Virus record (IMG/VR): IMGVR_UViG_3300034520_000378
Direction: 5' to 3' (one strand)
Origin: a virus
Length of the DNA stretch: 64,000 nucleotides
Shown here one piece after another: positions 26,835 to 36,264 of this stretch (within the stretch, counting starts at the first letter, position 1; every line of letters begins with the position of its first letter). The notes under the pieces are model-generated. The model did not search any database, was not told where the DNA came from, and saw only the letters and a list, made by a program, of their open reading frames with translations. The translations under genes and the position numbers were made by a program.

Positions 26835-27704
26835 ATGCCGTACTTTTCACACTGCGTTCCGTGTCTTCTAGCAGTTTGTACGGAGAAGTTCGACATGCCG
26901 GCGGATCTTGCCAACATGCTTGCGGCACAGGACGAGCGCGGACTGACGCTTTTGGAGCGTGTTATCCACTCTGACCACTTACTGCACAGCGCTCTTATGT
27001 CCTGTTCTGCGCGCACTCCTTGCGTTCCGGATACTCCTCAGTTCCTGTTTTCCCACGTTATGTCAGCCGTTGTATCATGTCCTGTAGTTGAGCCCGCCGT
27101 GGCAGACCGAGTCCTGGAGTATGCCAGTCAAATTGAGCATGAGATCCGGCACTGGACATTTACGCGGTTTATCAGGGCACGCTCGCCAGCACAGACTGAG
27201 CGCTATCTCTCTCCTATGTACATTGAACAGTACTACGGCCTGCACACTCTGCGTGGACCGGACCGTGCATACGTTCTCTGCCTGATTGGTAATCTACTGG
27301 TTACTGCACTTGGCGTTCCGGGGTTTCAGCCAAGCACGACGGCCACGCTTGTCGACTACTTTGTCATGTTGTGCCACGAGTGTCCGGCTATCCTTGATTT
27401 TGCTTCCCTTTCCTCTTTGTTGTCCAAACGAAATGGCAATCTCACGCAGGAACAAAGGGAACGCATATTCCAGCTTTTGCTTGATTATCCGTACTCAAGC
27501 GCTACCTACAGCGTGATTTCAACTATCGACTGCCCTAGTTGTTTTGTTAGAGCCTTAGCAGACATCCTGCTGAGTGACCGGGACGCTCCCGAGATGTTGC
27601 GTCTGCAGCGTGCCACGGCTCTGCTGGACCGCCAGGCTTGGCACCTTGATGAGCATATTGCGGTTGCTCTTGGGCTGCTCTGCAGCAGCTGTCCCACTAA
27701 TTAG
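26835..27704 (+). CDS. hypothetical helical protein
   Basis: GGAGGTG RBS. Confidence 0.65.
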   Translation: MPYFSHCVPCLLAVCTEKFDMPADLANMLAAQDERGLTLLERVIHSDHLLHSALMSCSARTPCVPDTPQFLFSHVMSAVVSCPVVEPAVADRVLEYASQIEHEIRHWTFTRFIRARSPAQTERYLSPMYIEQYYGLHTLRGPDRAYVLCLIGNLLVTALGVPGFQPSTTATLVDYFVMLCHECPAILDFASLSSLLSKRNGNLTQEQRERIFQLLLDYPYSSATYSVISTIDCPSCFVRALADILLSDRDAPEMLRLQRATALLDRQAWHLDEHIAVALGLLCSSCPTN

Positions 27705-27720
27705 ACAGGAGGTGGTCAGT

Positions 27721-28083
27721 GTGGGCTACTATTCTGAAGTGATCATCGTAATTGCGAAGGATGCGCATGAGGCCTTCCTCAATGCGCTTGCAGCTCGAGC
27801 GTTTGAGCTGCAGTGTATCGGTGAATGCAGCCCGGCAGAACTGCTTGCGGCTGCAGAAAAGGAGGAACATCCTGATGCGGTTGTCTACCACTGGCCGTTC
27901 GTCAAGTGGTACGATAACTATGACCCTGACGTGATGGCCATAAGGGATGCACTCAAAGAGCTTGACTCTGACTGCTACAAGTTCTACCGCCTTGGTGAGG
28001 AGTACGGCGACTTTGAGGAAGATGGTAACTATCTTGGCGATCCACAGTTCTATATGGTGCACAGGCTTGAGATGCTGTCGTAA
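27721..28083 (+). CDS. hypothetical acidic phage protein
   Basis: GGAGGTGG RBS; VKWY..Y..FYRLGEEYGD. Confidence 0.7.
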   Translation: MGYYSEVIIVIAKDAHEAFLNALAARAFELQCIGECSPAELLAAAEKEEHPDAVVYHWPFVKWYDNYDPDVMAIRDALKELDSDCYKFYRLGEEYGDFEEDGNYLGDPQFYMVHRLEMLS

Positions 28084-28164
28084 AGGAGTTGGCCGTGTTT
28101 TGCTTCATTACCGCCAGCCGGGCGGCGGACAGTAAATAGCCCGGCTATCTGAAAGGAGGTAATT

Positions 28165-28521
28165 ATGGAACTGGCAAACAGACTTATGGCACTGCTGAGC
28201 GTGCTACCTCAGAGGATCGAAGAAGCGGAAAAGGAGGTTGTCAGCGCAACCAATGCCCTCAAGGAAGCTGAAGATGCCCTGGCGATGAAGGAAGCCACAC
28301 TCATAATGGAAGGCAGGATCAACGGCAGGAATGAGACTGAGCGGAAAGCGCAGTTGCTCGCCCTCACTACCGATGAGCGCCGTGCTGTAACCGAGGCTCA
28401 GGAGCGGTTGTCGCTTGCCAAGCTCAGCTACAACAGGTTAGTCAACGAATTCAAAGCAGCCCGCTCCATTGCTCTTGTCATAGCTCAGCTGTCGGAATTC
28501 CAGGAAGCCCAGGAGGTATAG
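28165..28521 (+). CDS. coiled-coil phage protein
   Basis: AAGGAGG RBS; INGRNETERKAQL. Confidence 0.75.
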   Translation: MELANRLMALLSVLPQRIEEAEKEVVSATNALKEAEDALAMKEATLIMEGRINGRNETERKAQLLALTTDERRAVTEAQERLSLAKLSYNRLVNEFKAARSIALVIAQLSEFQEAQEV

Positions 28522-28526
28522 GGGGT

Positions 28527-28709
28527 GTGTCTATGGATCCTTTGAAGGAACTGCTTTTGTTTGTCCAGGAACAGGAGGAGTTCTATTATCACCTGATGTG
28601 GGATGAGATGGCAAAGGGCAATATGGTTGGTATGGTTGCTATGCAGTGCCAGGCTGCAGCATTCCATAAGGTCCGCTGCAAGATCGAAGCTATGCTTGAA
28701 GAAGAGTAG
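28527..28709 (+). CDS. hypothetical protein
   Basis: operonic short ORF. Confidence 0.55.
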   Translation: MSMDPLKELLLFVQEQEEFYYHLMWDEMAKGNMVGMVAMQCQAAAFHKVRCKIEAMLEEE

Positions 28710-28715
28710 AGGGAG

Positions 28716-29807
28716 GTGAATGTTTTGACTGCTGCTATTGATGCCAGTACTATGACTTTAGATCAGATTATGGCCGTTCTCCAGCTTTCAACTAATCTAC
28801 CGCGCTTTAAGTGCCGCCACTGCGGGAGGCATCATAGCTATGGCTGGCGACGCTGCTATGAACAGATAGGGGCACCGTTTGCGGATTTATCTCTTGCGTG
28901 CAATAGAGCATTTATCCACGCTGCCACTTTGTATGCGGAGGAGCTAGATGGTGGTACTCTTCTTCACCTGCCGGCCGTTCGTGTCTCAATCCCGCGTGTC
29001 ATTCCGTACAAGGTCGTGTTCTACAAACAGGAGGAAGCTTTATCGCTGCTTGAGCAGTACGTTGAAATACGCAATGCCATCCCGGAGCCACCACCCATTA
29101 CTCTGTTTGAAAAGCGTGTTCCGCTCTCCCTTATGCTCACACCACAGCAATACCGGGAACTGGTTTGTCGGCTGATGGACTCCCCTGCGTACAATGAGTA
29201 CACGGAGTGGCTTAAGAGCTTTGTACAGCAGGTTGTGAACTTTGTCACTGCACACCCTGTACTGTTTGTACCATCTGTACCGGTACAGACCAAGCTCTGG
29301 TTTGGTAGACAGTGTTCGGGGATACCAGGTCCATTCATGCCCGATGTCTACGTGCTTCCATCTGGGCATGACCAACCTCTCAGTCTCAACTCTATATTCT
29401 CACGCTTGGACGTGCTTAGTGCCCACCTTGTGCGGGCGGTATACAGCTTTCATGACTTCGGTTTTCTGGACCCACCACGTGCTGCCGTGCTTAATGGTAT
29501 GCTGTTGCTCTCTCCTGCTGGTACACACGAGTATACCGATGCGCAGTACTTATGCAAGACTACTCTCCTTCCCCTGGTCAATGGTTTCCAGTTCTCATTC
29601 CGCGTCAATACATTATCCAAGAATGGGCCACTAAACCATATTGACTGCAGTGATGGGATCACCGCCCGTCTTTCTGCATTATGCCACGAGCTTGACGCCA
29701 TCACCCGCCCTGCCTTTAAGGCCATGTTCAGGACGTATCTTGCTGACATGGGGCGCGCTATTTGCGCCAAGGAGGTGCAGTCATGCAACCCACCGCTGCC
29801 ACTCTGA
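28716..29807 (+). CDS. hypothetical protein with CxxC-H-C motif
   Basis: 363-aa ORF, operonic. Confidence 0.65.
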   Translation: MNVLTAAIDASTMTLDQIMAVLQLSTNLPRFKCRHCGRHHSYGWRRCYEQIGAPFADLSLACNRAFIHAATLYAEELDGGTLLHLPAVRVSIPRVIPYKVVFYKQEEALSLLEQYVEIRNAIPEPPPITLFEKRVPLSLMLTPQQYRELVCRLMDSPAYNEYTEWLKSFVQQVVNFVTAHPVLFVPSVPVQTKLWFGRQCSGIPGPFMPDVYVLPSGHDQPLSLNSIFSRLDVLSAHLVRAVYSFHDFGFLDPPRAAVLNGMLLLSPAGTHEYTDAQYLCKTTLLPLVNGFQFSFRVNTLSKNGPLNHIDCSDGITARLSALCHELDAITRPAFKAMFRTYLADMGRAICAKEVQSCNPPLPL

Positions 29808-30613
29808 TTGAGGTTGTGGAGTGGGAGCCGGCCCTGCTTCAGACTATTGCAAATAAACTGGTGGCGGAGCTGTCGTTTGACATGTTCCATACCGTGTTTG
29901 AACGTCTTACTTCCCAGCCCTACTCTGTACAAGGGCGCCGCAAAAAGCTCAGGCCGTCGTTCTTGGCTGCAGCCCAGGAGCTTCCGTCTCTGTTCGATAA
30001 TATCAGAGTTCTATGTCGCCTTGGCATGGGTGATTCCCTGGTTGCCCGCCTGTTTCACGACTACTCCACGCTTTACGTGGACCGCGTTATACCGCCGCTT
30101 CGACAGCATGGTACTAAGCGCAATCTTGCCCATACAGCTATGTCCATGTTTAACAGCCTTTCAGGGCCGGTTGCTATGCTGAGTCTTGATTCTGATTCTG
30201 ATGTGCTTCCTTGTCTTGAGCCGATATCACGCATGGTTATCGCAATGACTGACTGCCTGTTGGAGCGACAGGTCAAGTCTACTACCGCTGCACGCACTGC
30301 GCGGATGCTTCTTGGGCGCTATCTCCACTTTGTCACACTCGTCAGCGACAGTCAGTCTATTATCGATCAGGTCATCCACTTACTCGCAAAGTACGCACTC
30401 CGGATGGGCAGCATATCTGTTGTTGAGTCGTTCTCGACGCTCACTACCTTGCCTGCCGATGTGATAGAGAAGCGCGTACTTGACTGCCTCGAGGAACCCC
30501 CGTGCCGAATACGTGATCCTCTGTATGCCGTTCTGCTACGCACGCTTGCGCGACTGCCTAACGCACCGGACCACGTCAAGGCTGCTGTCGAGCTTGCGCT
30601 GGTTAATCTCTAG
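29783..30613 (+). CDS. hypothetical helical protein
   Basis: AAGGAGGTG RBS. Confidence 0.65.
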   Translation: MQPTAATLIEVVEWEPALLQTIANKLVAELSFDMFHTVFERLTSQPYSVQGRRKKLRPSFLAAAQELPSLFDNIRVLCRLGMGDSLVARLFHDYSTLYVDRVIPPLRQHGTKRNLAHTAMSMFNSLSGPVAMLSLDSDSDVLPCLEPISRMVIAMTDCLLERQVKSTTAARTARMLLGRYLHFVTLVSDSQSIIDQVIHLLAKYALRMGSISVVESFSTLTTLPADVIEKRVLDCLEEPPCRIRDPLYAVLLRTLARLPNAPDHVKAAVELALVNL

Positions 30614-30628
30614 GAAAGGAGGGTTGCA

Positions 30629-30943
30629 ATGCCTAGAGTGTGTGTTGTAGGCGACAGTATAATTGGTATCTGTGACCACGGTCAGGAGTGCTGCCCGCAT
30701 AATGTTACCGGCTACTTCACCGAGGGCAGCCCAACCGTGTCCTTTAACAACAAACCGGTTGTCCGCGACGGTGACAGGTGCCGGACCACCTGTCCGCACT
30801 GCCATACAGGCTATGCAGTAGGCAGAGCGTCGCGTATTACAGTCGATGGCAAGCCGGTCCACCGCTTAGGCGATCCGGTTGTTCTCGGTGGCGGTACCGG
30901 GATATCGGTGACTGCATCAACCACAATGGAAGACAACTCGTAG
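30629..30943 (+). CDS. PAAR-domain spike-tip protein
   Basis: EGSPTV..NNKPVVRDGD..CPHC..VDGKPVHRLGD repeats. Confidence 0.85.
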   Translation: MPRVCVVGDSIIGICDHGQECCPHNVTGYFTEGSPTVSFNNKPVVRDGDRCRTTCPHCHTGYAVGRASRITVDGKPVHRLGDPVVLGGGTGISVTASTTMEDNS

Positions 30944-30958
30944 GGAGGGTTGTGTTAT

Positions 30959-31498
30959 ATGCGGATACTGCTGATTGGTAAGGCTGGTTCAGGCAAAGAT
31001 ACTGTAGCAGACTATCTTGGCCAGCGGTATGGTTTTAAGCGGTATGCCTTTGCTGATAAGCTCAAACAGATAGCGCTTGAGCTGTTTCCTGATATGTTTA
31101 AGCAGGGCAAGCCGCGCTCCCTGCTCCAGAACATTGGTACCTACTTCCGCACGATTGATGAAGATGTGTGGGTCAACTATGTGCTCAAGCGTATCCAGGC
31201 TGAAGCCCCGGAGCATGCTGTTATATCCGACTGTCGCTATGCTAACGAGCTGCACAGGTGCCTCGAGGAGGGTTTTGTGCCGGTGCTGGTCGAGTGTCCG
31301 CTGGAGATACGAAACGCACACCTGATTGCGCGCGGCGACCAGCCTCTGACTCCCGCGCAGCAGAGCCATCCATCAGAAAACGATGTATTCAATGCGCTTG
31401 ATACAAGATACATCTACAAGCTCGATAACTCCGGTACACTGGATGAGCTTTATAGGCAGGTAGACGAGCTGATAGCGTACTGGACATCCTGCATATGA
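30959..31498 (+). CDS. deoxynucleoside monophosphate kinase
   Basis: GKAGSGKDT, FADKLK, R.LLQ..GT, ISDCRYANE, HPSE motifs. Confidence 0.85.
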   Translation: MRILLIGKAGSGKDTVADYLGQRYGFKRYAFADKLKQIALELFPDMFKQGKPRSLLQNIGTYFRTIDEDVWVNYVLKRIQAEAPEHAVISDCRYANELHRCLEEGFVPVLVECPLEIRNAHLIARGDQPLTPAQQSHPSENDVFNALDTRYIYKLDNSGTLDELYRQVDELIAYWTSCI

Positions 31499-31565
31499 TG
31501 CACTACGGGGATGCCTCGTGGTGATTCCGCCTAGAGGTTGAGTTTTGAAGAGAGGAGGGGGCTCA

Positions 31566-31922
31566 ATGCGCCTATTCCGTACCGTCATCTCTATATATGT
31601 CTACTTCCTTTGCCGCCTCTGTATATCGGACTTTGAGTTTGGCTACGAGGCGGTTGACAGGTATGATACGCCCGAGGCTGTCACTTGCTCAGAGCTCATT
31701 GTCTTGATCGAGCGCCTTCCTCAGGCCACGCCGCAAGAGCTTGATCTGTTCTTTCAGGAGCTGGTCAGAGAACTTACAGAAGGTCCCTACCTGCTTCCTG
31801 CTAACCGCGAGCGTTTCGTCAGCCGGCTTCATGCTTTCCTTGATCTTGCCGGTGCTGAGCCTGAGGTGCGTGATATGTTTATCCAGGCAATTGAGACTGC
31901 TGAAGGGAGGAAGCAAATATGA
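31566..31922 (+). CDS. hypothetical protein
   Basis: GGAGGGGG RBS. Confidence 0.55.
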   Translation: MRLFRTVISIYVYFLCRLCISDFEFGYEAVDRYDTPEAVTCSELIVLIERLPQATPQELDLFFQELVRELTEGPYLLPANRERFVSRLHAFLDLAGAEPEVRDMFIQAIETAEGRKQI

Positions 31923-31936
31923 AAGGAGGAAGCTCT

Positions 31937-32071
31937 ATGGCAACTATTGAGTTCAAGTACCTATCCGTCCAGGTTCCGGACGATAAGGTACAGGAGTTCC
32001 TTGCTCAACTGGAAAGCGTGCTTGAGAAGTATGCAGAGGACTTCGCGTTTAAGTTCAGCGTTAACGAATAG
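31937..32071 (+). CDS. small hypothetical protein (44 aa)
   Basis: AAGGAGG RBS; MATIEFKYLSVQVPDDKVQEF... Confidence 0.5.
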   Translation: MATIEFKYLSVQVPDDKVQEFLAQLESVLEKYAEDFAFKFSVNE

Positions 32072-32074
32072 GAG

Positions 32075-32440
32075 GTGTTTTGTGTGCTACACACAACCAG
32101 AAAGTGGTGCGTTGTGGACATTGATGATGCCGATAAGCTTGCCGAACTGCTGACCGAATATACACATACTCTCTGCTCCGGCTTCAGGTACAAAGGATAC
32201 CTGTTCCTCAACGACTCTACCAGCGAGAACGGTGCCCAGGAGTACGCAGTTGTCAAGGAAGATACCAAACAGCAAGTGGAATCGATCACCTTTTCGTGGT
32301 GTACGCTGGACGAAGCCAAGACGTATATCCAGCGCATAGCAGCCGGCGAGTTTGATGATCAAGCGTGGGATCTGGGCTATGACATAAGCCGGTACATTGA
32401 AACGCCTGATGAACACGGTGTCTGTCCGTTTTGTGCATGA
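32075..32440 (+). CDS. hypothetical protein
   Basis: FLNDSTSENGAQEYAVVK..QVESITFSW; C-terminal CPFC. Confidence 0.7.
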   Translation: MFCVLHTTRKWCVVDIDDADKLAELLTEYTHTLCSGFRYKGYLFLNDSTSENGAQEYAVVKEDTKQQVESITFSWCTLDEAKTYIQRIAAGEFDDQAWDLGYDISRYIETPDEHGVCPFCA

Positions 32441-32450
32441 GGAGGTGTAA

Positions 32451-33161
32451 GTGTTGCGTATCATCGATCCATGTGTATACGTTCAACCGTTTGATCCGGA
32501 CAGGCTGCTGCGCAGTATAGAGCTCGCCGGGCGCGTGTGCTACAAGAGCGAGGACAGAATAACAGCCGACAGTGCAGAGCAGTTTGTGCGTAAGCTTATA
32601 AGCCGCGGCCACGAATCGGTACTTGAGCACGAGAAGATCACCGTCAAGTTTGTCACCGACCGCGCCACAGCCAATCAGATTGTACGACACAGGCTCTGCA
32701 GCTACTCACAGGAAAGCACGCGCTACTGCAACTATGCATCGGAGAAGTTTGGCCAGGAGATCACCGTTATCCGCCCCGTCATCGTTGATACCGACCACCG
32801 TATCTACCAGGTCTGGCGCGCTGCATGCCAGCAGGCCGAGACAGCATACTTCCAGCTGCTCTCACTACCTGGTGTGCAGCCCGAGGATGCGCGCTTTGTG
32901 CTTCCCCACTCACTCAAGACTGAGCTGTTTATGACAGCCAACATCCGCGAGTGGCGCCACGTGTTGCGCCTGCGTGCCGCCTGCAGCGCGCATCCGGAGA
33001 TGCGCCGGCTCATGATACCTTTGCTCCTCTACTTCCGCCAGGTCCTCAGGCCACTGTTTGAAGATATACCATGGGACTACGATTTTCCCTCCGCCTGGTG
33101 TGTCAAGGTTTTGTCGCTGGATGACGATACTATTCTATATGAGCCCATCACACTTTCCTGA
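32451..33161 (+). CDS. thyX: FAD-dependent thymidylate synthase
   Basis: GHESVLEH, RHRLCSYSQESTRY signature, ARFVLP, AHPEMR. Confidence 0.95.
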   Translation: MLRIIDPCVYVQPFDPDRLLRSIELAGRVCYKSEDRITADSAEQFVRKLISRGHESVLEHEKITVKFVTDRATANQIVRHRLCSYSQESTRYCNYASEKFGQEITVIRPVIVDTDHRIYQVWRAACQQAETAYFQLLSLPGVQPEDARFVLPHSLKTELFMTANIREWRHVLRLRAACSAHPEMRRLMIPLLLYFRQVLRPLFEDIPWDYDFPSAWCVKVLSLDDDTILYEPITLS

Positions 33162-33176
33162 GAGGGGTGTTGCGTA

Positions 33177-33371
33177 ATGCTTATTATCGCTGCTCTCTTT
33201 CTCCTTGTCTTCATATTTGGTAACGACGCAGACCGCAAGTATGCGCTCAAGGTGCTGTTCTTCATGCTTATCCTAGGGCTTATAGGCGTGCCACATCCGA
33301 TCACGGCAGCTTTGGGTGCAGCGGGCTATGCAATCAAGCACAGCACTAAAAAGGACGTACCTGGAGGGTAA
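33177..33371 (+). CDS. small membrane protein
   Basis: two hydrophobic segments. Confidence 0.55.
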   Translation: MLIIAALFLLVFIFGNDADRKYALKVLFFMLILGLIGVPHPITAALGAAGYAIKHSTKKDVPGG

Positions 33372-34953
33372 AAACAGTTAAAGATAACTATGCAGTGCAG
33401 TGCAATTTTAACCAGGTTGCACTAGATGTTATTGAAAGTGCAGAAAATATCTATTAAGCGAGTGAACGAAAGTATGATAACGATTAAAGCAAGGATATAT
33501 CCAGATGGAGAAAATAGAATACTGCTGGATGATTTAATGCAGAAATGGAATTCCTGCAAGAGATATGCTTACAATCGTTTACTTGAAGGAAAAACACGGA
33601 AAGAGCTTAAGAAAGAGCTACAGAGCTTGTTCGAACTTAATTCTAGATATGTTGACGATGCCATTCTTGAAGCCAGCGAAATTCTACAGAGTGCTAAAGA
33701 ACTTGGACAAAATCCCAGAAAGGTCATCTTCGGTGGAAGAGACTTGTTTAACAAGCTAAAAAGCAAGCATTTGAGCACCAAGCAACTTAAAAAGTACAGG
33801 CAGGAATGGGAAGATAAACGTAAAGGCTCTCTCTTTTCTAGAGGTGATAGCACAAAACAAGGCAATTTAAACTTAAGAGTTATTAAGCAGAATGGTCAAT
33901 ACTTTGTAAGAGTAAATACAGGCAATAGAAAATGGTTATTTATCCAACTCAAAAGTTCTCACAAGAAATGGGAAAAGTTTGAAGCTGTAATGCTAAACTC
34001 TCAACCTTACAGTGTTCGTATTCAGAGGAAAAACAATAAGTATTATGCTTACATTTCCTTTGAAGAAGACATACCGAACACAGTAATAGATTTTACCAAT
34101 GGAGCCATAGGGATAGATTTAAATGCATTTCCCTCTCATATAGCATGGGCTGAAACAAAAGCAAACGGTAATTTAGCAAGCTATGGAGAAATACCAACGC
34201 CGCATCTATGGGATGGAAGAAGAGAAAAGAGAGACTACTTTGGTTGGGTATATGCTCACGAGGTTATAAAACTGGCTCGTGAAAAGAATAAAGGCATTGT
34301 GATAGAAGATTTATCAATAAAAAACAAAGGCTATAGAGGGGATTACAAAGGTAGAAAGTCCAGAAGGATAAAGCATAATTTTAGTTACAGGAAGCTCATT
34401 ATGAGGATAAAAGCACTCGCCAAGAGGTATGGTATAGCAGTAAAAGAAGTAAATCCATGCTATACAAGCGTAATAGGGATGCTGAAATATGCACCTCAGT
34501 TTAATCTAACAAAAGATGTAGCAGCAGCTTATGTGATAGCCAGAAAGGGATTGGCTTTAAGGGAGAGAGTTCCTTTAAAGTATAGAGAGATTTTAGGAAG
34601 CCTGCAAAGCGAGCCATGGTCGGTATCCTTGTCAACCGCTGGAAGGAACGAGGGTACTGCGGCAAAGGCGAAGACCTTGCTGTACAAACCGTGGCGAGTT
34701 TTGCGGGTAGCCCTCCTGACGGGAGCTCTCCTTGACAGGGAACTGTATAGGGACCTGTCACCGCTAAAGAGAGTACTCTTTAGTGGTTTGGGAGATGGCG
34801 GGTGAGAAACCTGCGGCAAGTTCCATATCCTGGTGATGGGACTATGAGAGTGCCTAAAAACCGCCTGCTGGGAGTAGGTACTCTCTGAAAGGGCGGACTA
34901 CAAATAGCCCAGCTCTCAAACTCGTGCATTTTTGCACAGTTTGGGATACCAGG
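33369..34953 (+). mobile_element. non-autonomous IS607-type TnpB element
   Basis: AT-rich insert bounded by GG on both sides; removal restores GGAGGG|TGATGTGATG (upstream stop plus downstream RBS/start); structured 3' end. Confidence 0.7.
33426..34805 (+). CDS. tnpB: TnpB-family RNA-guided endonuclease (likely start 33474)
   Basis: RuvC motifs IGIDLN, IVIEDL, TKDVAAAYVIARKG; VNPCYTS. Confidence 0.88.
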   Translation: MLLKVQKISIKRVNESMITIKARIYPDGENRILLDDLMQKWNSCKRYAYNRLLEGKTRKELKKELQSLFELNSRYVDDAILEASEILQSAKELGQNPRKVIFGGRDLFNKLKSKHLSTKQLKKYRQEWEDKRKGSLFSRGDSTKQGNLNLRVIKQNGQYFVRVNTGNRKWLFIQLKSSHKKWEKFEAVMLNSQPYSVRIQRKNNKYYAYISFEEDIPNTVIDFTNGAIGIDLNAFPSHIAWAETKANGNLASYGEIPTPHLWDGRREKRDYFGWVYAHEVIKLAREKNKGIVIEDLSIKNKGYRGDYKGRKSRRIKHNFSYRKLIMRIKALAKRYGIAVKEVNPCYTSVIGMLKYAPQFNLTKDVAAAYVIARKGLALRERVPLKYREILGSLQSEPWSVSLSTAGRNEGTAAKAKTLLYKPWRVLRVALLTGALLDRELYRDLSPLKRVLFSGLGDGG

Positions 34954-34957
34954 TGAT

Positions 34958-35476
34958 GTGATGTCAAGACAGGTTATATGTGAAAGGTGCGGCGCAGAGG
35001 TTGACGTACGCGGGCTGGCAAGTCATCGGCGGAGCTATGCATGTAAGGTAGGATACACACAAAAGAAGTATGCTGCTAAGGGCTACGTTGTGTTCCGCGG
35101 TCTCCGCTCCAATTCAGCATACTATATCGATGGGCTCTTCAAAAACGACATCGTAGGGTATTACAGACGCGGATGGTACAACTTTTACAGATACGGCTAC
35201 TACGGTCCGAGCTGGCTGCATCCCGTCTGGGAGCTGGCCACGATCGTACACACAATCGACCGTGGAAAAGCCCTCGAAATGTACCGCGAAGCAATCAATC
35301 TCGGGCGTCCCGGTCCTATGTTCGAACAGCTGAACCACGAACGTGATTTTATCCTAAGACTGGCTTATTCGGATCTAAAACCGCGCTACAAGAAGCATAT
35401 TCTCGCAATGCTCCTCGAAGGTGACCAGGTTACCGCCAAGGCTACATTCGAACTATTGTCTGCTTCTTCCCCTTGA
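34958..35476 (+). CDS. hypothetical protein with N-terminal zinc finger
   Basis: CERC..LASH...C. Confidence 0.65.
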   Translation: MMSRQVICERCGAEVDVRGLASHRRSYACKVGYTQKKYAAKGYVVFRGLRSNSAYYIDGLFKNDIVGYYRRGWYNFYRYGYYGPSWLHPVWELATIVHTIDRGKALEMYREAINLGRPGPMFEQLNHERDFILRLAYSDLKPRYKKHILAMLLEGDQVTAKATFELLSASSP

Positions 35477-35503
35477 CTTTGTGTCTCACATATGATATAC
35501 AAT
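35473..35503 (+). promoter_or_regulatory. sigmaA-like promoter with TGTGTCTC box, facing the amidase antisense
   Basis: TTGACTTTGTGTCTCACATATGATATACAAT, near-copy of the 21571 promoter (spacer 19 to TACAAT). Confidence 0.6.
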
Positions 35504-35515
35504 GTCTAGAGTCTG

Positions 35516-36196
35516 TTACTTGTTCCCGAGCAGCTCTGCAATCTTCGCCCATGTTAGCGGCCCCACGATACCGTCCGCTACCAGCCCGTACTTCTTCTGG
35601 AACGCCTTAACGGCGGCCTGGGTCTTGGGACCGAATATGCCATCGGCTGCGCCGCAGTTGAACCCTAGACTGTTTAGCATCTCCTGCAGCTTCCTCACGG
35701 TTTCGCCCCGTGAACCCACCTTCAGCAGCATTGTCTTTGCCTTCTCTATCCATGTATTCTCAACTGCCTCCTTGACTTTGGCCAGCGGATAGTTCTTGCC
35801 CGGGCAGTTTGTGGCGGCAAGATCCCGGTGCCCCACGATCTTGGCGTTGGGATACTTCTTCTTGAGGTAGCGGACGAGTTCAATCAGGGCTGCACTCTGC
35901 TTCTCACCCATCTGTTCGACTTCGAAATTGCCTTCGCAGCAGATGCCTATGGATTTGCTGTTGTAGCCCTGGCAGTGGGCGCCCACTGTATTCTCGGGAC
36001 GCAGGCTGTACACGGTACCGTCCTTACGGACAAAGTAATGGTATCCAGCACCGGCCCAGCCTCTCTTGAGGTGCCATTCATGTATATCCTCTGGACTGCA
36101 CACAGAGGCTGCAGCGTGATGCAAGACGATGTACTGGGTTGACGATCTACGACTTAAGTGATTCCTAAACTTAAGATTGGCATTTATGATTTGCAT
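35516..36196 (-). CDS. N-acetylmuramoyl-L-alanine amidase (Amidase_2) with PG-binding domain; putative endolysin
   Basis: IVLHH, GYHYFV, GAHC.GYN, GHRD...CPG; DGIFGPKT..AVKAFQ...DGIVGPLTW. Confidence 0.92.
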   Translation of the reverse strand: MQIINANLKFRNHLSRRSSTQYIVLHHAAASVCSPEDIHEWHLKRGWAGAGYHYFVRKDGTVYSLRPENTVGAHCQGYNSKSIGICCEGNFEVEQMGEKQSAALIELVRYLKKKYPNAKIVGHRDLAATNCPGKNYPLAKVKEAVENTWIEKAKTMLLKVGSRGETVRKLQEMLNSLGFNCGAADGIFGPKTQAAVKAFQKKYGLVADGIVGPLTWAKIAELLGNK

Positions 36197-36264
36197 CTTG
36201 GCTTCCCCCTAATGACTTGGTCTTCTATTTCGTATAATACCTAATATCTTGAGGAGGGATAGAT

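Noticed and set aside
30629-30943. Type VI secretion system
   Set aside because: No other T6SS genes; phage context explains PAAR.
33426-34805. TnpB as a nuclease-dead TldR regulating flagellin, or as an IStron
   Set aside because: RuvC acidic residues appear intact, it lies 28 kb from flagellin, the predicted guide is its own flank, and the 57-nt left end has no room for a group I intron.
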